A DNA stretch of 64,000 nucleotides from an uncultured Lachnospiraceae bacterium (GCA_900316665.1 ONDV01000006.1:8705-72704); one strand, 5' to 3'; positions 18,313-27,564 are shown, counted from the first letter of the stretch. Numbers and translations are program-made. The notes: generated from the sequence alone by a model not told the origin.

Positions 18313-19379
18313 GAGAAATCGTTCCTGTGATAATACCTGCATATGAGCCGGATGAGAATATGATAAGTCTCCTCCGGTCTCTTCGTGACCAAAATATCGG
18401 TCCGGTCATAGTAGTGGACGACGGAAGCGGTGAAGCTTATTCCAGCCTCTTCGAGAAAGCGGAGAGTATAGTAAGAGAGGACGGTGGAGTCCTCCTTACT
18501 CATGAGGTGAACCGGGGTAAAGGGGCTGCGCTGAAGACCGCATTTTCCTACATTCTTGAAAAATAACCCGACGCCATCGGCTCGGTGACTGCGGACTCTG
18601 ACGGCCAGCATACAGCCGATGCGATCAGCAATGTGAAAGATACGCTTATTAAAAACCCCGGCTCGCTGATTCTCGGCGTCAGGATGTTTGACGGAGAGGA
18701 TGTCCCCTGGAGAAGCCGGTTTGGAAATAATCTCACGGTAAAGGTTTTTTCATTGGTCACCGGGCTGCATGTAAGCGATACCCAGACAGGGCTTAGAGGC
18801 ATACCTCTGTCATTCATGAGAGAGCTCCTCGATGTCCCGGGGGACAGGTTCGAGTTCGAGACCAGGATGCTGATAAAGAGCGCGAAGCGTTATCCTGTCG
18901 TGGAGATAAAGATAGAGACGATCTACGATTCAAAGGATAATCATAAGACGCATTTCAGACCTGTCGCTGATTCCATCAAGATCTACCGGGTGCTCTTTGA
19001 GACATTTGGAAAATATATCTTCGCTTCGCTATCGTCTTTCCTTATAGATATCCTTCTGTTTCAGCTCTTTTTCAATCTGCTCAGGGGAAATATCGCATCA
19101 TCAGCTGCGGTGGCAACGGTGGCGGCCAGAGTCATTTCGGCGACATATAATTACATCATGAATTATAAAGTCGTATTCAAAAGCCGGGAACCGCAGGGCA
19201 GGGCTGCTGTAAAATATCTGATCCTTGCTTTATCACAAATGGCCTGCTCCGCAGGGCTTGTAACGCTCGGAACCATTATATTCAGTTCTGTGCCGGCAGT
19301 TGTGATAAAGATAATAGTAGACACTTTGCTTTTCCTTATCAGCTATCAGATACAAAAGCACCTGGTTTTCAGGGAGTAA
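18309..19379 (+). pseudogene. GT2 (DPM1-like)-GtrA fusion interrupted by in-frame TAA at 18564-18566
   Basis: Two ORFs in one frame read ...ILEK*PDAIGSVTADSDGQH...; downstream DTQTGLRG, FEFE and a GtrA-like hydrophobic C-terminus. Confidence 0.85.
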
Positions 19380-19543
19380 ATAATATTGATATGAGTGTCA
19401 AAAGTACTTTTTTAACTCATTTATGATCAGCTGACGGATACAGGATAAAATCGGCTAAGTCCAAAAATCTTGATGTGGGAAGTTTCAGAAAAATATTCTA
19501 TAATCATTAGATGGCAAAAACGTATTTTTTGAGAGGAGAAAAA

Positions 19544-19816
19544 ATGCCAAAGCAGTCAATAGAATTCCGTTACGATACACAGCTTCTTATGGATCCCTTC
19601 GATGATGAGGAACTGGATCCTGATGAGATACATGACTATATCGCCGAGCATTTTGTCGGCGACGAGCTTCTGTGTGTGGGCGATGAAGACCTGGTCAAGC
19701 TTCACTTCCATACAAACGAGCCCTGGAAGGTTCTGGAATACTGCTCAAAAAAGGGAGAGATATACGACATAGTCGTAGAGGATATGGACAGGCAGACAAG
19801 GGGTCTTAAAGGCTGA
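19544..19816 (+). CDS. Small stand-alone protein resembling the middle domain of DAK2/FakA proteins
   Basis: GDELLCVGDEDLVKLHFHTNEPW...VEDM motif; AGGAG RBS before ATG 19544. Confidence 0.7.
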   Translation: MPKQSIEFRYDTQLLMDPFDDEELDPDEIHDYIAEHFVGDELLCVGDEDLVKLHFHTNEPWKVLEYCSKKGEIYDIVVEDMDRQTRGLKG

Positions 19817-20799
19817 TGAAGAGTCTTATTCTGGAAGTCGCAGTCATTTATCTTTTGCTGACTTTTCTCCTTACCTGCTTCATGATCCTGAAGATGTATA
19901 TAGTTGATGAACGGGCATGCTGCAAGAAATGCGGGCGTGCGCGCCGGCAGCAGCTTATCATGACGGGACGCTGGAGGCAGATGCCACTCTATTCGATGGA
20001 CGAGATAGCTAAAAATAAAAAGCTGTCTGACGTGAGACTCACTGTTTTTCCTAATGATGACGGAAAAAAAGGTGCCTATGCAATAATTCTTCCCGGCGGA
20101 GGATATGCTCATTGCATTACTGTAGCTGAAGGATGGTCCGTAGCTGCCAGACTGAACGAGATGGGGGTCACGGCATTTGTTCTTGAATACAGAACCGGCA
20201 GAGCATGTTCAAAGTATGCTCCGATGGAGGACCTTGCAAGGACAGTCTCGTTCATAACGGAGCATAGTGATGAATTCAATGTCGAAAGGGAAGGTTATTC
20301 GCTTATAGGATTCTCCGCGGGAGGAAATCTTGCGGGAATATACGGCACTGAAAAGTACGGCTGGAAACATTACAATACTATAAAGCCCGGTACGATTATT
20401 CTGGGATATCCTTGGACCAATATCAACCACTGGGCGGAACACCCTTACTGGAATATATGGGAAGGTCTGATTGGCGTATGGTTCTCTGAGCGCGGGAATA
20501 TATATATGTTCGGGCCTTTTCCCACCAGGGAGGAGCGAGAATCTCTCTGCGTCCAGAACTGGATCAGACCGGGATATCCACCCACATATATGTTCTCGGG
20601 CGACGATGACATACTCGTGACTTCCGGCTCGCATACTGATGTGATGGCGAAGGCATTGAAGGAAAATACTGTGCCTTATATGTATCAGAAATTTTTCAGA
20701 GTGCCGCACGGCATAGGACTCGGAGCAGGAACAAACGCCGAGGGCTGGCTCGATGAGGCTGTGAAATACTGGCACTCGAATATATACAGGCAGGAATAA
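19816..20799 (+). CDS. Alpha/beta hydrolase (esterase) with N-terminal membrane anchor
   Basis: ILPGGGY oxyanion motif, GFSAGG nucleophile, D and H (VPHGIG) triad residues. Confidence 0.88.
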   Translation: MKSLILEVAVIYLLLTFLLTCFMILKMYIVDERACCKKCGRARRQQLIMTGRWRQMPLYSMDEIAKNKKLSDVRLTVFPNDDGKKGAYAIILPGGGYAHCITVAEGWSVAARLNEMGVTAFVLEYRTGRACSKYAPMEDLARTVSFITEHSDEFNVEREGYSLIGFSAGGNLAGIYGTEKYGWKHYNTIKPGTIILGYPWTNINHWAEHPYWNIWEGLIGVWFSERGNIYMFGPFPTREERESLCVQNWIRPGYPPTYMFSGDDDILVTSGSHTDVMAKALKENTVPYMYQKFFRVPHGIGLGAGTNAEGWLDEAVKYWHSNIYRQE

Positions 20800-20977
20800 A
20801 TGAATCCTGTGGCATTGACCATCACACTAAAATCTGACCATATTGGATGGTTACTGTGGCCTTTTTTTGCATATTATAATTCGGTATTTCACAAAATCTT
20901 TGGTGCATGTGACCATCTCTTATGGTAAAATTTATATAAGGGTAACTGAATAAACATTACTTGAAAGGGTGGCAGAT

Positions 20978-21583
20978 ATGATTCCGGTTATTACTATAAG
21001 CCGAGAGTTCGGCAGCGGCGGTCACACTATAGGTGAACAGGTAGCAAAATCACTTTCGATTCCCTTCTATGACGGAGAGATCGTCAATCAGACGGCGGTC
21101 GAGAGCGGCTACTGCAAGGAACTCATAGAAGAGCAGGGGGAGACGACCAGCTCGGCAAGCAAATGGTTTGATATCTCAGCAGCAAGCACCATGTATTTCC
21201 AGAGTCCCCAGGATGAGATATTCCTGGCTCAGAGAAAAGTAATACTCGATGCCGCAAACAAGGGACCATGTGTGATAGTAGGCAGATGTTCCGATTATAT
21301 CCTGAAGAAAGCCGGCATATACTGTCTGAACGTTCTCATTCATGCCGACATCAAGCACAGGGAGGAACGTGTGCTTAAGCGTTATCCTGATGTAAACAGG
21401 GATATCGATATAGCAAAAAGAATAGAGAGAAAAGACAAGAGGAGACGTACTTTCTACAGATATTATACCGACCGTCACTGGGGCAAGTATGAGAATTATG
21501 ATCTGGCTCTGGACAGTGGCACGCTGGGTGAGGACACATGCGTTCATATAATATGTGAGCTGGCAGAGAAAATGAACAGATAA
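20978..21583 (+). CDS. Cytidylate kinase-like family protein
   Basis: ITISREFGSGG, CVIVGRCSDYIL, YDLALDS; ATG 20978 preferred over GTG 20969. Confidence 0.88.
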   Translation: MIPVITISREFGSGGHTIGEQVAKSLSIPFYDGEIVNQTAVESGYCKELIEEQGETTSSASKWFDISAASTMYFQSPQDEIFLAQRKVILDAANKGPCVIVGRCSDYILKKAGIYCLNVLIHADIKHREERVLKRYPDVNRDIDIAKRIERKDKRRRTFYRYYTDRHWGKYENYDLALDSGTLGEDTCVHIICELAEKMNR

Positions 21584-21632
21584 GTTTATTCATCACGACG
21601 CATTGAAATAGTTTAAAAAGAGGAGGAGTTTC

Positions 21633-22661
21633 ATGTTGCCTGCAATTATTGTAATCGCTGTAATAGTTCTAATTATCTTTTTTTCCAATGTGAGGATCGT
21701 CTCACAGGGAAACGCTTACATCATCGAATCGTTCGGACGGTTCAAGGCGATCTGGGAAGCCGGAATTCACGCTAAAGTTCCTTTTATCCAGAGGGTTGCG
21801 AAGATCGTATCGCTGAAGGAACAGGTCCTTGATTTTCCGCCCCAGGCCGTGATCACAAAGGACAATGTAGTCATGCAGATCGACTCGGTAGTCTTCTGCA
21901 AGGTATTTGATCCGAAGCTTTTTACATACGGAGTGGAGAATCCTCTGATTGGTCTCCAGAATCTGGCTGCGACGACTCTTAGAAACATAATCGGTGAGAT
22001 GGAGCTCGACCAGACCCTGACCAGCAGAGACGATATCAACCGAAAGATGGAGACAATACTTGACGAGGCGACAGATGCCTGGGGCATAAAGGTCACGAGA
22101 GTTGAGATCAAAAACATCACACCTCCAAGTGAAATCGAGGAGGTCATGACCAAACAGATGAGGGCTGAGCGCGAGAGAAGGCAGACAGTGCTTGAGGCTC
22201 AGGCTCATCAGGAAGCAGTGGTATCAAGAGCGGAAGGAGACAAAAAGGCAAAGATCCTTGCAGCTGAGGCTGAGAGAGATGCCCAGATAGCTCTTGCAGA
22301 AGGTAAAGCAAAGTCAATTAAGCTCGTATATGAGGCTGAGGCAAACGGACTTAATACTCTTTCCAAGGCCGGAATAAATGAATCCGTATTGAAACTTAAG
22401 GGAATAGAAGCTCTGAAGGATGTCTCTGATGGACGCGCGACCAAGATCTATATGCCCAGTGACATAGCAAATGCCGTGAGTTCTCTTGGAATAATCGGGG
22501 AATCACTTGGAATCGGAGATGCTACGGCTATCGACAGGAATCCGAAGCCGAAGCCCGTTCCTGCGCCTGATCCCTGCATCACGGATGAGACCGGAAAGGG
22601 CGGCGTGGAAGCTGCCGAGACTACACAGAAAATCAAAATGAACATAGAAAAACAGGACTGA
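21633..22661 (+). CDS. SPFH/Band 7 (stomatin-like) membrane protein
   Basis: N-terminal TM helix, ITKDNV, TLRNIIGEMELD, WGIKVTRVEIK, QMRAERERR. Confidence 0.93.
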   Translation: MLPAIIVIAVIVLIIFFSNVRIVSQGNAYIIESFGRFKAIWEAGIHAKVPFIQRVAKIVSLKEQVLDFPPQAVITKDNVVMQIDSVVFCKVFDPKLFTYGVENPLIGLQNLAATTLRNIIGEMELDQTLTSRDDINRKMETILDEATDAWGIKVTRVEIKNITPPSEIEEVMTKQMRAERERRQTVLEAQAHQEAVVSRAEGDKKAKILAAEAERDAQIALAEGKAKSIKLVYEAEANGLNTLSKAGINESVLKLKGIEALKDVSDGRATKIYMPSDIANAVSSLGIIGESLGIGDATAIDRNPKPKPVPAPDPCITDETGKGGVEAAETTQKIKMNIEKQD

Positions 22662-22670
22662 TTTTATTAA

Positions 22671-22705
22671 AGAAGGGAGCTCTTTTCACGGAGCTCCTTT
22701 TTTTC
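22671..22705 (+). terminator. Intrinsic terminator after SPFH gene
   Basis: GGAGCTC-loop-GAGCTCC followed by a T run. Confidence 0.85.
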
Positions 22706-22946
22706 ATGTCTATTATAAGAAATTCTGAATACTGGCTATCATCAATACGTAATATCCTATTTCGCTGCATAATGGTATATTTTTTCTAGCAATTCTTGAT
22801 ATGTAAAGGAACGATGCAAGGTATCGTTTCATTAAATGGAAGTGAGACGGCATGAGATTTAATACTATGCTTCTGCATGGGAGTTCGGTAAGAAAAAGTG
22901 GATCTGAAAGACGCAATCAAGTCAGCAGAATAAGAAAGGAAAAGAA

Positions 22947-23153
22947 ATGACTATCACAGTAGGTGGAGAAAAGAAAGAAGTAAAAGACGGCATTACCATA
23001 AGCGAGCTTATAGTTCAGGAAAACGTGGAGACACCTGAGTATGTGTCTGTATCAGTAAACGAGGAATTTGCCCGGAAAGATGACTTCGACACCTATCATC
23101 TGAAGGAAGGCGATAATGTGGAATTTTTGTATTTCATGGGAGGTGGAAGATAA
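22947..23153 (+). CDS. thiS: ThiS/MoaD-like sulfur carrier protein ending in GGGR
   Basis: 68 aa, VSVNEEF, GDNVEFLYFMGGGR; AAGGA RBS. Confidence 0.92.
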   Translation: MTITVGGEKKEVKDGITISELIVQENVETPEYVSVSVNEEFARKDDFDTYHLKEGDNVEFLYFMGGGR

Positions 23154-23962
23154 TGCCATTTACAGATGAAGAGCTGGAACGCTATTCCAGACATATAATT
23201 CTGAAGGAAATCGGAGTGAAAGGTCAGAAAAAAATAATGAACGGCTCGGTGCTTATCATCGGAGCCGGCGGTCTCGGCGCCCCGGCAGCTATGTATCTGG
23301 CTGCGGCAGGAGTAGGACGTATCGGCATAGCTGATGCTGATGTGGTTGATCTTTCCAATCTTCAGAGGCAGGTGATCCATACGACAGGCGATCTTGGAAA
23401 GCCAAAGGTGGAGTCGGCAAAAGAGACCATGCTTGCCATCAATCCGGAGATTGAGGTCGAGACCTATCATGAGTTTCTGACAAGCAAAAACATACTTGAT
23501 ATTATAAAAAAGTATGATTTCGTCCTTGACGGCACGGACAATTTCCCTGCGAAATTTCTTATTAATGATGCCTGCGTCATGGCAGACAAGCCATTTTCAC
23601 ACGCCGGGATTCTCCGTTTCAAGGGACAGCTGATGACTGTAATTCCCCATGAGACGCCCTGCTACAGATGCGTATTTCATACCATGCCTCCGAAGGATGC
23701 CATTCCTTCTTGCAAGGAAGCCGGCGTAGTCGGAGCCATGGCAGGAGTGATAGGCTCTCTTCAGGCGCTGGAAGCGATAAAATTCCTGACAGGCGCCGGA
23801 GACCTTTTGACAGGAAAGCTTCTGACATTTGACGCTTTGAAGATGAAATTCCATACGATAACTCTTCCTCCGAGAGGAGAGGGCTGCAGCGTCTGCTCCG
23901 ATCACCCGGAGATAACGGAGCTTATAGATTACGAGCAGCCGGCATGTGATTTGAGAAAGTAA
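23153..23962 (+). CDS. thiF: ThiF/MoeB/HesA family sulfur-carrier adenylyltransferase
   Basis: RYSRHIIL, IGAGGLG, SNLQRQ, DGTDNF, CYRC and CSVC zinc ligands. Confidence 0.93.
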   Translation: MPFTDEELERYSRHIILKEIGVKGQKKIMNGSVLIIGAGGLGAPAAMYLAAAGVGRIGIADADVVDLSNLQRQVIHTTGDLGKPKVESAKETMLAINPEIEVETYHEFLTSKNILDIIKKYDFVLDGTDNFPAKFLINDACVMADKPFSHAGILRFKGQLMTVIPHETPCYRCVFHTMPPKDAIPSCKEAGVVGAMAGVIGSLQALEAIKFLTGAGDLLTGKLLTFDALKMKFHTITLPPRGEGCSVCSDHPEITELIDYEQPACDLRK

Positions 23963-23971
23963 GAGGCTTAT

Positions 23972-24394
23972 ATGAAAGTCACTATAAAAGAATCGGATTT
24001 CGATAAGATATTGAGCCACGCGAGGAAGGAAGCTCCGATTGAGGCTTGCGGACTTATAGCGGGTCTGGATCATGACGGTGTAAGAGAAATAAAGAAGGTA
24101 TATATACTTACAAACATAGACCATACGTCAGAACATTTCTCTCTCGATCCGAAGGAGCAGCTTCAGGCTGTAAAAGATATGAGGGCGGAAGGATTAAAGC
24201 CACTCGGCAACTGGCACTCCCATCCCGCATCACCTTCAAGATCTTCGGCTGAAGATATAAGATTGTCATTTGATAGCAAGGCAAGTTATCTGATATTATC
24301 TCTTATGGACAATGACAACCCGGTTCTGAATTCCTTCCATGTCGAGGATGGTATATCCACTAAGGAAGAACTTCGGATAGTTTCTGATCAGTAA
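23972..24394 (+). CDS. JAB/MPN (M67) metallopeptidase
   Basis: EACGL and WHSHPASPSRSSAED JAMM motif. Confidence 0.92.
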   Translation: MKVTIKESDFDKILSHARKEAPIEACGLIAGLDHDGVREIKKVYILTNIDHTSEHFSLDPKEQLQAVKDMRAEGLKPLGNWHSHPASPSRSSAEDIRLSFDSKASYLILSLMDNDNPVLNSFHVEDGISTKEELRIVSDQ

Positions 24395-24421
24395 TGTAAA
24401 AGCTAACTAAGGAGGCTTTTT

Positions 24422-25285
24422 ATGGCAGTAGATTATGCGGCTCTGAAAAAGGGCGGATGGATGAGACAGAAGCAGAAAGGCAAATTCGCCCTGAGAGTAC
24501 ATGTTATCGGCGGAACTCTGACATCTGAGCAGCTTGAGGGAATACAGAAGGTAGCAAAGAAATACGGCAAGGGTTATGTCCATTTGACAGCCAGACAGTC
24601 GCTTGAGATTCCCTGGATGGACGAGAAAGACATAGAGGATATAAAAAAGGATCTGGCTGAGTACGGAGTATATCCTTCCGTCTGCGGCCCCAGAGTAAGG
24701 ACGACTACCGCCTGTCAGGGAAATGCTACCTGTCCGTCCGCCTGCATAGACACTCAGGATCTGGCAAAGAAGATTGACAAAAGATATTTCGCCAGAGAGC
24801 TGCCGGGTAAATTCAAATTTGGCGTTACGGGATGTCAGAATAACTGTCTTAAAACCGAGGAAAATGATATCGGCATCAAGGGAGCAGAGCGAGTGGAATG
24901 GCGTTCTGACAAATGCATCCAATGCGGAGTATGCGTGAAGGCATGCCGCGAAAACGCTCTTAAACTGGAAGACGGCAAGATCGTACTTGATAAAGACAAA
25001 TGCTCTTTCTGCGGACGCTGCGAGAAGTCGTGCCCTGTCGATGCCTGGGATGTATATCCGGGATATATTGTCTCGTGGGGCGGACTCTTCGGAAATCATA
25101 TTCACAGAGGAGAAAACATAGTGCCTTTCTTTGAGGGCGAGGACAAACTTTTCAAACTCTGCGACGCGACTATTGATTTCTTTGCCGCAAACGCTATAGC
25201 GGGAGACAGGCTGCAATTTGCCATAGACAGATACGGGCAGGACAGATTTAATGAGCTTATCAGAAAGGTTTACAACGAAGAATAA
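24422..25285 (+). CDS. Siroheme sulfite/nitrite reductase with 2x[4Fe-4S] ferredoxin domain (AsrC-like)
   Basis: LTARQ, ACQGNATC, KFKFGVTGCQNNC, CIQCGVCVKAC, CSFCGRCEKSCP. Confidence 0.88.
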   Translation: MAVDYAALKKGGWMRQKQKGKFALRVHVIGGTLTSEQLEGIQKVAKKYGKGYVHLTARQSLEIPWMDEKDIEDIKKDLAEYGVYPSVCGPRVRTTTACQGNATCPSACIDTQDLAKKIDKRYFARELPGKFKFGVTGCQNNCLKTEENDIGIKGAERVEWRSDKCIQCGVCVKACRENALKLEDGKIVLDKDKCSFCGRCEKSCPVDAWDVYPGYIVSWGGLFGNHIHRGENIVPFFEGEDKLFKLCDATIDFFAANAIAGDRLQFAIDRYGQDRFNELIRKVYNEE

Positions 25286-25328
25286 CCCGGGATATCTGTT
25301 CAGAAAGTTTTTAAAAGAGGAATAAAAT

Positions 25329-25577
25329 ATGGCTGAAGAATATAAGATCGACGAGACGGTAGACATCACATCGGTGGTTTGCCCGGTGACATTTGTAAAG
25401 ACGAAGGTAGCTCTGGAGGAACTGGATGACGGACAGATCCTCTCGGTTCACATGAATGACGGAGAACCCGTGCAGAATGTACCGAGGAGCGTAAAGGACG
25501 AGGGACATGAGATCTTAAAGCTCATTGATAATGAGGACGGGACCTATGACCTCATAGTAAGAAAAAGAGGAGAGTGA
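25329..25577 (+). CDS. TusA/SirA family sulfurtransferase
   Basis: DITSVVCPVTFVKTK (CPxP-like motif), 82 aa. Confidence 0.88.
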   Translation: MAEEYKIDETVDITSVVCPVTFVKTKVALEELDDGQILSVHMNDGEPVQNVPRSVKDEGHEILKLIDNEDGTYDLIVRKRGE

Positions 25578-25601
25578 AAATCCCAATAAGCACAGATTCA
25601 G

Positions 25602-25630
25602 ACCGGCAGCAGATGATGCTGCCGGTTTTG
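25602..25630 (+). terminator. Intrinsic terminator
   Basis: Perfect 10-bp stem ACCGGCAGCA-GATGA-TGCTGCCGGT followed by T residues. Confidence 0.8.
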
Positions 25631-25738
25631 TTATAAAAAAATATGGTAACCAGCGATTATAAGCAAGTATTAGCGGAGAAAGGCCTGTCACACTATAATT
25701 TTTCCTGTAATAAGTAAATGTAACCGCCATTCATTGAT

Positions 25739-27175
25739 ATGGAAGTCGCAGACGTAAGAATTAATGATGTGAATTCAAGGGAATATGATATGGATCAGGC
25801 AGAGATGAATTTGACAGGAAAAAATAAGACATACGCTAAAGTCCGCGCTAAGAGAAATTCTCTGATACTTACAATGCTGAAGATCGGTTTGACCGGATTC
25901 GGCGGAGGAAGCGCGCTCATTCCGGTAATCGAGGAGGAAGTGGTTGACAATCAAAAAATCATTTCGCGCGATGAATATAGTGAAGCCGTGGTTTCAGCCT
26001 GCGTCACCCCCGGAGCCCTGCCGGTAGAAATAGCTGCCGGGGTCGGGAATAAGAAGGCAGGAATAAAGGGAATGCTTCTTTCAGCTGTTTCCATGGCTCT
26101 GCCGGGAGCATTTCTGACTGTGCTTATTCTGTCAGCAGTTGCCAGATCAGAAGGTACCATTCTTTCTGTGATCAGATATATTTCGATAGGGATAGGCGGA
26201 TTCATCACATCCCTCCTTCTATCCTATGCGATAAAGACTGCTGAGGAAGCCAGATACGATAAAAAGAATTTTATCTTTTCCATCCTTGTCATGGCCTTGG
26301 TCTTTTTCCTGACCGGAGGCAGGACTGTACTCAGTCTGCCAGGCATTAAAAATGCGGACAAGATGATCCGCCTTTCGACTTTTCAGATACTTGCATTATC
26401 CTTCGCAGTAATGATTATCATTTATTTTATTCGCTATGTTAAAGACCGTCTGACTTCAAAAGAAGCAAATAAAAAAACAAAGGTTTCTTCTGCCGGAAAT
26501 ATAGTCTTCCGAAAATCCGTGACAACGATTGTGAAAGAAACGGCTGTATGGCTTGTATTTGCTTTTCTCCTGTCAATCCCGGCTCTTCTAATGATAGGAA
26601 ACGGACCTGTGTTTGCCGGCAGAGGTTTTTTATCATCTCTTATGTCGTTCGGAGGCGGAGACGCATATCTCTCTGTAGCAGATGGCCTTTTCGTAAATAC
26701 CGGAATGATTCCGGGAGACGATTTCTATGGACTTCTGGTTCCTGCGGCGAATGTCCTGCCGGGCTCCATCCTTTGCAAGATCCTGACCGGCAGCGGATAC
26801 ATGATCGGATCATCACACGGCACGGCAGCAGGAATAGCCGGCGCCCTTTCAGGATTTGCGATCAGCGTATCGGCTTCCGGAATGGTGTTCGGCATAGTTT
26901 TCTGGATTTTCCGTACTTTCAGAAATGTATCTTTTCTTCGCATGGTGAGCAGCTGCATAAGACCGATAATAAGCGGTCTGCTTCTTGGAGTAGCTGTTAC
27001 AATGCTTAAGACATCAGCTTCCGCGGCCCTTTCTCTAGGTAAAAACAGCGTTGCCGCGCTTATTCTCACAGCAGCTATAGCAGCCTTTGATATGCTTCTT
27101 TCATTTAGAAAGACAGACAATACCTGGCTCCTCATCGGCTCCGCAGCTGCCGGAGGACTCCTTATATTTTTTTAA
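25739..27175 (+). CDS. Long-chain CHR (ChrA) family oxyanion transporter
   Basis: Two repeats: GFGGG..TPG and SFGGG..LPGSI; true start may be ATG 25790. Confidence 0.85.
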   Translation: MEVADVRINDVNSREYDMDQAEMNLTGKNKTYAKVRAKRNSLILTMLKIGLTGFGGGSALIPVIEEEVVDNQKIISRDEYSEAVVSACVTPGALPVEIAAGVGNKKAGIKGMLLSAVSMALPGAFLTVLILSAVARSEGTILSVIRYISIGIGGFITSLLLSYAIKTAEEARYDKKNFIFSILVMALVFFLTGGRTVLSLPGIKNADKMIRLSTFQILALSFAVMIIIYFIRYVKDRLTSKEANKKTKVSSAGNIVFRKSVTTIVKETAVWLVFAFLLSIPALLMIGNGPVFAGRGFLSSLMSFGGGDAYLSVADGLFVNTGMIPGDDFYGLLVPAANVLPGSILCKILTGSGYMIGSSHGTAAGIAGALSGFAISVSASGMVFGIVFWIFRTFRNVSFLRMVSSCIRPIISGLLLGVAVTMLKTSASAALSLGKNSVAALILTAAIAAFDMLLSFRKTDNTWLLIGSAAAGGLLIFF

Positions 27176-27188
27176 GAAGGAATATATT

Positions 27189-27235
27189 AAGAACCGCTAA
27201 AAGCCTTTAAAAGGACTTTCGGCGGTTCTTTCTTT
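27189..27235 (+). terminator. Intrinsic terminator after CHR gene
   Basis: AAGAACCGC...GCGGTTCTT stem followed by TCTTT. Confidence 0.8.
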
Positions 27236-27331
27236 GATTTGTCGCTTGTTTCTCGCTTAAATCTGCTAAACGATATGGGACGATAGCAGACGAATTAACC
27301 GACTGCTTACACGAAATGTATGTGAGATGTA

Positions 27332-27361
27332 TTGGATTTGTTATGCACTCTATGCTATAAT
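27332..27361 (+). promoter_or_regulatory. Extended -10 promoter for the RHH/R-M operon
   Basis: TGcTATAAT at 27353-27361; weak -35 TTGGAT; GGAGGT RBS downstream. Confidence 0.6.
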
Positions 27362-27381
27362 ACTATATCGGAGGTGGACAT

Positions 27382-27564
27382 ATGGAAAACAAAAGTGTAT
27401 CAATGTGTATTCGTGTAAGTCAAGAAGAATTACAGCGGCTAAAACAGGCGGCAAGATTAGAAAAGTATTCTTCATATAGTGAGTTTGTCAGACGCACCGC
27501 ACTACTTGAAGCTGATAACGTGATTAAAAACAATGACAGCGAAAATGTAAAGGAGAACAGATGA
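27382..27564 (+). CDS. Ribbon-helix-helix (DUF1778-like) DNA-binding protein
   Basis: SVSMCIRVS strand followed by [10 protein letters not shown] and [10 protein letters not shown] helices; GGAGGT RBS; ATGA overlap with the MTase. Confidence 0.7.
   Translation: MENKSVSMCIRVSQEELQRLKQAARLEKYSSYSEFVRRTALLEADNVIKNNDSENVKENR

Noticed and set aside
18564-18566. Recoding (Sec/Pyl) of the internal stop
   Set aside because: The codon is TAA, not TGA or TAG
19391-19420. Inverted repeat ATGAGT...AAAAGTACTTTT...ACTCAT
   Set aside because: AT-rich single occurrence; at most a weak terminator after the polysaccharide locus
22706-22946. Possible SAM (S-box) or TPP riboswitch upstream of thiS; small hairpin at 22810-22828
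   Set aside because: No recognisable riboswitch consensus or terminator/antiterminator
24407-25369. 320-aa minus-strand ORF
   Set aside because: Antisense shadow of the sulfite reductase gene; no motifs or RBS
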